Shown here piece by piece: positions 1 through 8,179 of a stretch of DNA of 25,874 bases (the stretch's first letter is position 1; each line of letters starts with the position of its first letter). Source of the DNA: Promethearchaeota archaeon (GTDB lineage Archaea > Asgardarchaeota > Lokiarchaeia > Sigyniarchaeales > SOKP01). Under the pieces are notes generated by a model, which saw nothing but the letters and a program-made list of their open reading frames with translations, made no database searches and was not told the DNA's origin. The DNA lies in NCBI GenBank assembly GCA_048938895.1, contig JBHLLU010000053.1:1563-27436 (forward strand), given 5' to 3'. The translations under genes and the position numbers were made by a program.

Positions 1-240
1 AAAATAGAAAGACCAGAGAAATATGGTGGAAATATAGAATATAACTCTTATGAAGAACTTGAAAAAGATTATAAAGCTGGGAAATTGAATCCTCCAGATT
101 TAAAACCCGCAGTAATAAAATATTTGAATTTACTTTTGGCACCTGTAATCGAACATTTCGAAAAAGATGAGAAAGCTAGACAATTATATAAATTTGTACA
201 GAAGGAATATAAAAAATATAAAACTGACCAAACTAATTAG
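1..240 (+). CDS. tyrS: Tyrosine--tRNA ligase, archaeal/eukaryotic type (C-terminal fragment, 5'-truncated)
   Basis: Not in the ORF track. Frame +1 reads KIERPEKYGGNIEYNSYEELEKDYKAGKLNPPDLKPAVIKYLNLLLAPVIEHF... to TAG at 238-240. This matches the archaeal TyrRS anticodon-binding region (IxRPEKxGG...YEELExDx...LHPxDLK). Confidence 0.9.
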   Translation, partial: KIERPEKYGGNIEYNSYEELEKDYKAGKLNPPDLKPAVIKYLNLLLAPVIEHFEKDEKARQLYKFVQKEYKKYKTDQTN

Positions 241-243
241 AGG

Positions 244-1716
244 ATGATTACGTTGTTAGATAATCATGTAGTTGATATTTTTTTAAATCCAAAAACTGTA
301 GCAGTAATAGGAGCCTCTAAAAACCCAACAAAAGGGGGATATCGTATCTTAACCAATTTAATAAACAATAATTACAAAGGTAAAATCTTTGCTATAAATC
401 CAAATTCAGATGGTGAAGTTTTTGGGTTAAAATTTAATAAATCTGTATTAGCTATTAAAGAAGAAATAGATTTAGCAATTTTCTATACCCCAAGTAAAGT
501 AATACCAGACATTTTAAAAGATTGTATCAAGAAAAAGGTTAAAGGTGCTCTCATTGAGACAGCAGGTTTTGAAGAAGTTGGTGAAAGGGGTCTTGAACTC
601 AGAGATAAAATACTCGAAGTCACAGACCACTTTTCTAAGATACGGATTGTAGGCCCAAATTGCATGGGACTTACAAGAATAGACGGTGATAGCGATAGCG
701 AAAAGAGAGGTGGATTTTTTTCTGGTTTTGGCGTTTTTGAGAATTACCGACGTGGAAATATAGCAATTATCACTCAATCGGGAATGTTGAACGGAGGTTA
801 TCTAATGAATTTGATGGAAAATTATCCTGAAATGGGATTTAGATACTCTTTGTCGATTGGTAATAAAATGGATCTAAGTGAGATTGAATTTTTAGAATAT
901 TGTATCAATGATCCTAGTGTAAATGTTATTGTTTTGTATTTAGAGTCTTTTAAAGATCCAAGAAAATTTATAAAATTATGTAAACAAGTTAAAACAATCC
1001 CAAATAAAACGATAATTTTATTAAAAGGAGGGAGAACCGCTTTAGGACAAAAAGCATCTTCAAGTCATACTGGTGCTTTAGCAGAAAGCAGCTTGCTAAC
1101 CCAAGCGATAATTAAACAAGCAGGAATAATACAAGCAGAGAATTTACATGATTTATTTCAATTTGCTAGAACATTTTCAATGATTTATAGTTCTGGAAAA
1201 AAATTACCTAAATATGGTAATGTATCAATGATGGCTGGATCTGGTGGAGCTGGAACTATTACTGCTGACTTAACAATGAAATATGGATTAACCTTTCCAA
1301 TTATGGAGGATAAAACATATCTAGTTCTAAAAGAGCTCTATCCCGATTGGATGCCGCCAAATCGATTTGCACTTCTAGATTTATTTCCTACATTTGAAAA
1401 AGCTAGGATGAATAATGTAAATCGCAAAGATGTTATGACAAGACTTTGGAAAGCAGTTCTAGATGATTCTCATGTTGAAGGCGTTTTCAATATGATGCAT
1501 GTATCAAACCGATTTAATGATCGGTATGACTTTGATGAAATGGCGCATTATAAAACAGATAAAATTATTTTTATGTGGATGGTGGGGGATACAGATGGGG
1601 TTCTTCGTACATCGAGATTATTCAACAAAAATCATATTCCAACATTTACATCTATAGAAGAGATGATAAAAAATTTTTCAATCTTAGTGCAAGAATCTAA
1701 AAGTAAACTTATTTAA
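244..1716 (+). CDS. acdA: ADP-forming acetate/acyl-CoA ligase, alpha subunit (CoA-binding + ligase domains)
   Basis: N-terminal NPKTVAVIGASKNPTKGG CoA-binding motif, RIVGPNCMG, TQSG, SIGNKMDL, YLESFKD and the phospho-His motif ASSSHTGALA. There is no ATP-grasp (beta) domain. Confidence 0.85.
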   Translation: MITLLDNHVVDIFLNPKTVAVIGASKNPTKGGYRILTNLINNNYKGKIFAINPNSDGEVFGLKFNKSVLAIKEEIDLAIFYTPSKVIPDILKDCIKKKVKGALIETAGFEEVGERGLELRDKILEVTDHFSKIRIVGPNCMGLTRIDGDSDSEKRGGFFSGFGVFENYRRGNIAIITQSGMLNGGYLMNLMENYPEMGFRYSLSIGNKMDLSEIEFLEYCINDPSVNVIVLYLESFKDPRKFIKLCKQVKTIPNKTIILLKGGRTALGQKASSSHTGALAESSLLTQAIIKQAGIIQAENLHDLFQFARTFSMIYSSGKKLPKYGNVSMMAGSGGAGTITADLTMKYGLTFPIMEDKTYLVLKELYPDWMPPNRFALLDLFPTFEKARMNNVNRKDVMTRLWKAVLDDSHVEGVFNMMHVSNRFNDRYDFDEMAHYKTDKIIFMWMVGDTDGVLRTSRLFNKNHIPTFTSIEEMIKNFSILVQESKSKLI

Positions 1717-1731
1717 TAATTTGGATGTATT

Positions 1732-2364
1732 ATGGTTCGTATATTATGTATTGGGGATTCACATGTCCCTAAAAGAGCCAAGGAACTCTCTGAAAAAATA
1801 TATGACAAACTGAATAAAATGACGGAATTAGACCTTTTTGACTACACATTCTTCACAGGGGATGAAATAGACTTCCCAAAATTAATGAAATATTTGGATT
1901 TAAAAACAAAAAATGAATTATTTGTAGTTATGGGAAATATGGATTATTACTATGGTAATCGAAACGCCCCATTGCACCAAAAACTTGATATAATTTTTAA
2001 GAATAATGAGAAGATAACTATAGGCTTAAATCACGGAGCGCAAATTAGTCCGCGAGGAGATCATGATCAATTAGAAAATTTGGCTATTGAGATGAAATAT
2101 AATATTTTAGTCTCAGGTCACACCCATAAAGAAGAAGTACACCTTACTAAAAATGGGATTTTATTGTTAAATCCCGGAAGTGTGACAGGAGCATGGTCCT
2201 TTGTAGCAAGTCTTATCCCTTCATTTATAGAACTGGATATTGATGAGAACACAAAAGAAATTATAGTAGATCTTTTTCAAATTGACAAACAATCAAGAGA
2301 AATTAGAGTTTTTAAAACTAGATATCAATTTAAAGATGAGCGAATTAAAGATCTACTAATCTAA
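1732..2364 (+). CDS. Vps29/MJ0936 (YfcE) family metallophosphoesterase
   Basis: Motifs GDSH, TGD, GNMD, NHG, GHTH, NPGSVTGA and PSFIELDI, all in the order and spacing seen in Vps29-family proteins. Confidence 0.88.
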   Translation: MVRILCIGDSHVPKRAKELSEKIYDKLNKMTELDLFDYTFFTGDEIDFPKLMKYLDLKTKNELFVVMGNMDYYYGNRNAPLHQKLDIIFKNNEKITIGLNHGAQISPRGDHDQLENLAIEMKYNILVSGHTHKEEVHLTKNGILLLNPGSVTGAWSFVASLIPSFIELDIDENTKEIIVDLFQIDKQSREIRVFKTRYQFKDERIKDLLI

Positions 2365-2772
2365 AACAAGGATCTTAGAGAGTTTTAATAGAATTCCTAA
2401 ATTTCTTTTTCCATTTGAGCTTTTAGAAAAGGTTAATTTCCTCTTTCCAAAACGATTTTTTTTCATCATCATATTGAGTGTTGAATTCTCTCCATTTGAG
2501 AAAAATAACAAATCTTCTGGACTTGCCTTTAATTCTAAATCATATTCTTCTAACTTACCTCTATTTAGTGAGAAATCTCCCTCGTTCCCTATTAAATTTA
2601 CCCAAAAATAATCATTATCTTCAATTTGAAGTCCCAGATTTATCTTTGCATGAAAATTTTTTAGTATTTTTTCATTTTTGGGATTCTTCTTTTTGTCAAT
2701 GATTATACTCTCAATAGTTTGTTGAAATGTTATAAAAAGATTTTCCTTTTCTTCCTCTTTCATTCCGTCCAA
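2356..2772 (-). CDS. SCP2 (sterol carrier protein 2)-like lipid-binding domain protein
   Basis: 138 aa. The pattern 'FSLNRGKLEEYDLELKASPEDLLFFSNGENSTLNMMM...KLTF...GNLGILLKL' resembles the SCP2 fold. The TTG start has an AGGAG SD-like element about 8 nt upstream on the minus strand. Confidence 0.62.
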   Translation of the reverse strand: MDGMKEEEKENLFITFQQTIESIIIDKKKNPKNEKILKNFHAKINLGLQIEDNDYFWVNLIGNEGDFSLNRGKLEEYDLELKASPEDLLFFSNGENSTLNMMMKKNRFGKRKLTFSKSSNGKRNLGILLKLSKILVLD

Positions 2773-2842
2773 TTATCTAATCTCCTAATTTTAATTTTAA
2801 GAAAAATATTATAATATACTTTTTGATTTATGCCTTTATTAA

Positions 2843-2926
2843 TTTATTAAATTTAATAAAAATAAAATCACTAATATGAAATTAACGAAGGATTTCTAAA
2901 TCCTCAAATTTAATAAGTAAATTTGA
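2843..2926. promoter_or_regulatory. Cluster of palindromes/inverted repeats in the divergent SCP2/ADH intergenic region
   Basis: Perfect 18-bp palindrome TTTATTAAATTTAATAAA (2843-2860); AGGATTT-ct-AAATCCT (2889-2904); TCAAATTTA-ataag-TAAATTTGA (2904-2926). A GGTGA SD-like element follows at 2928-2932. Confidence 0.4.
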
Positions 2927-2941
2927 AGGTGAAAAACAAAG

Positions 2942-4141
2942 ATGTGGCATTTTTATAGTCCAAACATAATATATGGAGAAGATGCAATAAATTTTATAGA
3001 ACATTTAAAAGGTAAAAGATGTTTTATTGTCACTGATAAAATTATTGAAGAATTGAGCTATTTGAAAATTTTAACTGATAAGCTTAATAAATTTGGAAAA
3101 GATTACTCTGTATTTACGGATGTCGTACCTGATCCGCACGAAGCAGATGTAATGAAAGGAAAAAACCAGTGTATTGAATATAAACCTGATTTAATTATTG
3201 CACTAGGCGGAGGTTCTGTTATAGACACAGCTAAAGGAATATGGGCAATGTATGAATACCCAGATTACAACCTCGATGATATTAGTCCCTTTAATGATGA
3301 ACTATATGATTTTGCTAATAAAGCAAAATTAATAGCAATACCTACAACTTCAGGTACGGGTTCTGAGGTAACCTGGGCAGCAATTATTTCTAGATTTCAA
3401 GATAATGCATGGAGAAAGATGTCATTGCCCCATATGTCATTAGTGCCTACATTTGCAATCCTGGACCCCATCTTCCCAACAGGGATGCCTCCAAAACTAA
3501 CAGTGAATACAGCTTTCGATTCGTTGTCTCATGCTTTTGAAGGGTATATATCTAGTTGGAGAAATGAATTTTCAAATGCTTTAGCATTAAAGGCTATTGA
3601 ACTTATTTTTAAATTTTTGCCGATTACGTATAAAGATGGAACTAACAAGGAAGGAAGAGATTTATTACATCAGGCCTCTACTATGGCAGGTTTAGCGTTT
3701 AGCAACTCACAAGTGCATATAGGACATGCCATGGCCCATAGTTTTGCCGCGATTTTTCCTAAACCTCATGGTGAATTAGTAGGTCTTTTTCTTAAATATG
3801 TGACTCAATATCTAATCAATAATCCTAATGAACCAAATGAAACCATAGAAATATATTCGAACATCGCCAAAAAGTTAGGCTGGGCAAATTGGAGTGATGA
3901 AGCAAAAAAAGCAGCTTATATTATAGTTGATAAAATCACTGAACTCCAGGAAAAAGTAGATTTCAAATCAAATCTGAGAGATATTGGAATAAATAGAGAG
4001 GATTTTGAAGCAAATCTAGATAAGTTAATTGGTTTATGTTATCAAGATCCTAGTAGCGTTATGGCTCCAAGAACACCGAATAAGGAGGAGTTCAAAAAAT
4101 TATATACATATGCCTTTGAAGGGAAAGATATAGATTTCTAA
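2942..4141 (+). CDS. Iron-containing (type III) alcohol dehydrogenase
   Basis: ALGGGSVIDTAK, AIPTTSGTGSE, AILDP, D-S-L-S-H metal ligands, and HIGHAMAH...PHG. Confidence 0.93.
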   Translation: MWHFYSPNIIYGEDAINFIEHLKGKRCFIVTDKIIEELSYLKILTDKLNKFGKDYSVFTDVVPDPHEADVMKGKNQCIEYKPDLIIALGGGSVIDTAKGIWAMYEYPDYNLDDISPFNDELYDFANKAKLIAIPTTSGTGSEVTWAAIISRFQDNAWRKMSLPHMSLVPTFAILDPIFPTGMPPKLTVNTAFDSLSHAFEGYISSWRNEFSNALALKAIELIFKFLPITYKDGTNKEGRDLLHQASTMAGLAFSNSQVHIGHAMAHSFAAIFPKPHGELVGLFLKYVTQYLINNPNEPNETIEIYSNIAKKLGWANWSDEAKKAAYIIVDKITELQEKVDFKSNLRDIGINREDFEANLDKLIGLCYQDPSSVMAPRTPNKEEFKKLYTYAFEGKDIDF

Positions 4142-4142
4142 A

Positions 4143-4168
4143 TTTTATTTTTTATTTTTATTATTTTT
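4143..4168 (+). terminator. Putative archaeal U-tract intrinsic terminator after the ADH gene
   Basis: A long T-rich tract (ttttatttttttatttttattattttt-like) directly follows the stop codon. Confidence 0.45.
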
Positions 4169-4283
4169 AGCATACCATTCAGAGTATGTTTTCTGATAAA
4201 AATAAATATACTGTCTTGATATTATCTCTTTAAGTGATTGTAATAATAATAGGAAATTGAAAATTTTTTGGACGAATAATAAA

Positions 4284-6017
4284 ATGAACATTCCTGAGAA
4301 AGAAAGAGAAGCATTGGAGCAAGTAGAAACACAGATTGAAGGATCTATTCCAGAGATTTCGGAGCTAGAGCGCTATAAACTTGGTTATTGTGTAAAAGAA
4401 GGGCATATTTCTGGATTAAGTCTGTTTTCCTGCGGATTACAAACCATTCCAGTCATAATTGGTACATTAAGTCATCTTAAAGCAGTCTATTTAAGGGGTA
4501 ATAATCTAAGTTTAATTCCAGATGAACTATGTTATCTCCGCAATTTAGAAATCCTTGATTTAAGCGATAATAGCTTAATAAAATTACCAGAGATAATTAA
4601 TTCACTTTCACAACTTAGAGAATTACATTTAGAATCAAATCATCTCGATGTTCTACCAGAATCCATTGGAAATCTTTCCTCCTTACAAGTTTTAGATTTA
4701 AGTGAAAATAATTTAATAAATCTCCCTCAATCCTTAGGGGATTTAAACAAACTAAAAACTCTAGATCTAAGTAATAATGAAATAATAAAATTACCAGATT
4801 CTATAACACAATTAAAGGCATTAAAAATCCTATATTTAGGCAATAATAAATTAAATGCTTTACCAGAACAAATTGGTTCCTTGGCTTCATTAAAAAGGAT
4901 GAATTTGAGAAATAATAGCTTAACAAGTTTACCAGAAACAATTGGAGATTTAATATCTCTTACCTCTTTATTTTTAAAAGGAAACTCTTTGCGAACTTTA
5001 CCTAGTTCAATTGGGAAGTTAACAAAATTAATTTATCTAGGGTTGTCATCAAATCAATTAAATTCTCTCCCTAAGGACATAGGAACCCTTTCTGCATTAG
5101 AAAACTTAAGTATTTCATCAAATGAATTACTTGAACTTCCTACCACAATTGGAGATATTAAAAGCCTAATAAGGCTTGAGTTATCTGAAAATCGCCTAAA
5201 GCTATTACCAGAGGCGATTGGGGATTTATCTTCTCTTAGCATATTAAGGTGTGATCGTAATCAATTGATAGAACTCCCAGAATCTATAGGACATTTAAAT
5301 TCGATTATGGTATTAAAAATCGATAATAATAAGTTAAAGGTTATACCAGAATCTATTGGACAGTTAAAAAAATTAAAAGAATTGAGTGCCTACGATAACA
5401 AAATTAACCATCTTCCCGATATTCTTGGCGAATTATCTTCATTAGAAATATTAGATTTAAGTAAGAATGAGCTAGAAAGACTTCCCGAATCAATTGGAGC
5501 TCTAGATTCACTCTTGGAATTAGATGTATCTACAAATAAATTAACATATATCCCTCCATCAATTGGTGCCCTATATTCCATAAAAAGTTTGATATTAGGA
5601 TTCAATCGGTTAATAGATGTCCCAAAATCAATAGGGTTTCTTACTACTTTGGAAATTTTAGATTTAGGAAAAAATCGTTTGAGCCTTATTCCTGAAACAT
5701 TAGGATCTTTAACTTCTCTTAAACATTTATATCTATACTATAATGAATTAAGCAGTTTACCTGAATCAATTGGATCTTTACATTCATTAAAATATCTATA
5801 TTTAGGAAATAATAAACTAACAAAACTACCAGAATCAGTAGGAAGACTTAAATCGTTAAAATATTTATTTCTTCGCGATAATTTTCTGACTGACTTACCT
5901 AAATCATTAGAAACTTTGCCAGCCCTCAAATATTTGAATATTGAAAAAAATAACCTAAAAGGATATCTTGATTTTTTACACAAATTAGAACTTCGTGGAA
6001 TTAAAATCTTAAATTAA
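4284..6017 (+). CDS. Leucine-rich repeat protein (about 23 tandem 23-aa LRRs)
   Basis: Repeat consensus LxxLxLxxNxLxxLPxxIGxLxx, with a short N-cap (IPEKEREAL...GYCVKEGHISGLSL) and a C-cap. ATG at 4284 is preferred over the TTG at 4257 used by the ORF track. Confidence 0.93.
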   Translation: MNIPEKEREALEQVETQIEGSIPEISELERYKLGYCVKEGHISGLSLFSCGLQTIPVIIGTLSHLKAVYLRGNNLSLIPDELCYLRNLEILDLSDNSLIKLPEIINSLSQLRELHLESNHLDVLPESIGNLSSLQVLDLSENNLINLPQSLGDLNKLKTLDLSNNEIIKLPDSITQLKALKILYLGNNKLNALPEQIGSLASLKRMNLRNNSLTSLPETIGDLISLTSLFLKGNSLRTLPSSIGKLTKLIYLGLSSNQLNSLPKDIGTLSALENLSISSNELLELPTTIGDIKSLIRLELSENRLKLLPEAIGDLSSLSILRCDRNQLIELPESIGHLNSIMVLKIDNNKLKVIPESIGQLKKLKELSAYDNKINHLPDILGELSSLEILDLSKNELERLPESIGALDSLLELDVSTNKLTYIPPSIGALYSIKSLILGFNRLIDVPKSIGFLTTLEILDLGKNRLSLIPETLGSLTSLKHLYLYYNELSSLPESIGSLHSLKYLYLGNNKLTKLPESVGRLKSLKYLFLRDNFLTDLPKSLETLPALKYLNIEKNNLKGYLDFLHKLELRGIKILN

Positions 6018-6128
6018 AATAAAAAGATATACTAGAACTAGGGTTATTTAAGTGACAAAATCCTTAACTTTAGTGGTGTAAGCTAAAAAATAATATAGTT
6101 TAAATATTAATAGCAGTTAGTTAAAACT

Positions 6129-8156
6129 ATGGATATCTCAAAAGCGATGAGTATTAAATTACCTGATAAACTCCCACCATATCCTAAATTTGTTGAGGAA
6201 ATAAGAAGAGCACCATCAAGGGGTTATTCTCTTAATCCTACTCAAACTAAAATATCTTTAAAGAATGCGTTAAGATATATTCCTATAGCTTTACATGAAA
6301 AATTAGGACCTGAATTCTTAGAAGAACTAAGAACTAAAGGTAGGATTTATGGTTATAGATTTAGACCAGAAGGGTCTATAAAAGCAAAGCCAGTTAACGA
6401 GTATAAAGGAAATACAATTGAAGGAAGAGCACTACAAGTTATGATTGATAATAATCTAGATTTTGATGTAGCACTCTATCCATATGAGCTGGTGACCTAT
6501 GGTGAATCTGGGCAAGTATTTCAAAATTGGATGCAATATAGATTGGTGAAAAAATTTTTGGAGGTAATGAATGAAAATCAAACTTTAGTTATCTCCTCAG
6601 GACATCCAGTCGGACTTTTCCCCACATCCTCTAATGCTCCTAGGGTGATTTCATCAAATGGTATTATGGTTGGAATGTTTGATAACCCAGAAGACTTTAA
6701 TGTAGCTGCAGCAATGGGAGTAGCCAATTACGGTCAAATGACTGCTGGTGGATGGATGTATATTGGTCCTCAAGGAATAGTGCATGGTACATATATTACC
6801 TTGTTAAATGCAGGACGTTTGTACTTACACATACCACAAAATGAAGATCTGAAAGGTAGATTGTATATTTCATCTGGATTAGGTGGGATGAGTGGTGCAC
6901 AGGCAAAAGCGATTGAAATCGCTGGTGGGATCGGTGTCATCGCTGAAGTTGATGAGTCGAGGATAAAAACTAGGTATGAACAAGGTTGGGTCTCTAAAAT
7001 TTCAGATGATTTTGATGAAATTTTTGAATGGGTTCGAGATGCTAGAATATCTGGAATCCCTTTATCAATAGCATATCATGGAAATGTAGTAGATCTCTGG
7101 AAATATGTAGTTGAGAACAATATTAAAGTAGACCTTGCATCTGACCAAACCTCATGTCACGCGGTTTATGAAGGAGGCTATACTCCTTTTCAAATTAGTT
7201 TTAAAGAAGGTAGAGAATTAATTAAAAGTCAAAATGAACGCTTCAGGGCATTAATAGATGAATCACTCAAGAAGCAGTATCGTCTTATTAAAATTATGAA
7301 AAATCGTGGTACTTATTTTTGGGATTATGGAAATTCATTTTTAAAAGCAGTTTTTGATGCTGGTGTTAAAGAAGTAGCAAAGAATCCATTTGATATTTCG
7401 GACGGATTTGTTTTACCTTCATATGTAGAAGACATTATGGGACCTATTTGTTTTGATTATGGTTATGGCCCATTTAGATGGGTATGTCTTTCTGGAAAAC
7501 AAGAAGATTTAGATAAAACCGATCAAACTGCTATGAATTCTATCAACCCAGAAAGGAGAGCTCAAGATAGAGATAATTATATCTGGATTAGAGATGCTAA
7601 AAAAAATAACCTGGTTGTTGGTACAAAAGCCCGAATATTATATGCTGATGCAGATGAGAGAATAAATATCGCTTTAAGATTTAATGAGTTAGTAAGAAAA
7701 GGCAATATAGGACCTATAATGCTTGGTAGAGATCATCATGATGTCTCAGGTACAGATTCACCTTTTAGAGAAACATCAAATATTAAAGATGGAAGTAATG
7801 TGATGGCAGAAATGGCTCTTCATTGTTTTGCTGGAAATGCTGTTAGAGGTATGACATATGTTGTCCTTTCAAATGGCGGTGGAGTAGGAATAGGAAAATG
7901 CTTTAACGGGGGATTTGGGTTGGTTTTGGATGGTTCTGAAAAAGTAAATGATATTATTCGAAATGCCATTGAATGGGATGTTATGGGGGGAATTGCCAGG
8001 AGAAGTTGGGCTAGGAATCCTCATGCTTTTGAGACCGCGAATAATTGGAATAAAGAAAATAAAGATAGAGGGCATATTACTCTTCCCTTCATCGCAGAAA
8101 ATTCGTTTTTAGATCAAATAGTAGAAGATTTTATTAAAAAGAAAGTTAAAAGATAA
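6129..8156 (+). CDS. hutU: Urocanate hydratase (long, about 675-aa form)
   Basis: YPYELVTYG, GQMTAGGWMYIGPQGIVHGT, SGLGGMSGAQ, SDQTSCH, FWDYGN, GPFRWVCLSG, GRDHHD and NGGGVGIG. Confidence 0.97.
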   Translation: MDISKAMSIKLPDKLPPYPKFVEEIRRAPSRGYSLNPTQTKISLKNALRYIPIALHEKLGPEFLEELRTKGRIYGYRFRPEGSIKAKPVNEYKGNTIEGRALQVMIDNNLDFDVALYPYELVTYGESGQVFQNWMQYRLVKKFLEVMNENQTLVISSGHPVGLFPTSSNAPRVISSNGIMVGMFDNPEDFNVAAAMGVANYGQMTAGGWMYIGPQGIVHGTYITLLNAGRLYLHIPQNEDLKGRLYISSGLGGMSGAQAKAIEIAGGIGVIAEVDESRIKTRYEQGWVSKISDDFDEIFEWVRDARISGIPLSIAYHGNVVDLWKYVVENNIKVDLASDQTSCHAVYEGGYTPFQISFKEGRELIKSQNERFRALIDESLKKQYRLIKIMKNRGTYFWDYGNSFLKAVFDAGVKEVAKNPFDISDGFVLPSYVEDIMGPICFDYGYGPFRWVCLSGKQEDLDKTDQTAMNSINPERRAQDRDNYIWIRDAKKNNLVVGTKARILYADADERINIALRFNELVRKGNIGPIMLGRDHHDVSGTDSPFRETSNIKDGSNVMAEMALHCFAGNAVRGMTYVVLSNGGGVGIGKCFNGGFGLVLDGSEKVNDIIRNAIEWDVMGGIARRSWARNPHAFETANNWNKENKDRGHITLPFIAENSFLDQIVEDFIKKKVKR

Positions 8157-8179
8157 AGGTTAGAATTTAGAAAAAAGGA

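Noticed and set aside
483-777. Minus-strand ORFs 483..665 and 514..777
   Set aside because: They are short antisense shadows inside the well-supported acdA gene, with no recognisable motifs.
2478-2702. Plus-strand 74-aa ORF
   Set aside because: It lies antisense within the SCP2-like gene and has an implausible L/N-rich composition.
5054-5983. Three minus-strand ORFs with repeated 'PIDSG' motifs, and the 69-bp DNA periodicity as a possible CRISPR or tandem repeat
   Set aside because: Both are by-products of the 23-aa LRR coding repeats (PESIG on the + strand). There are no identical direct repeats with unique spacers and no cas genes.
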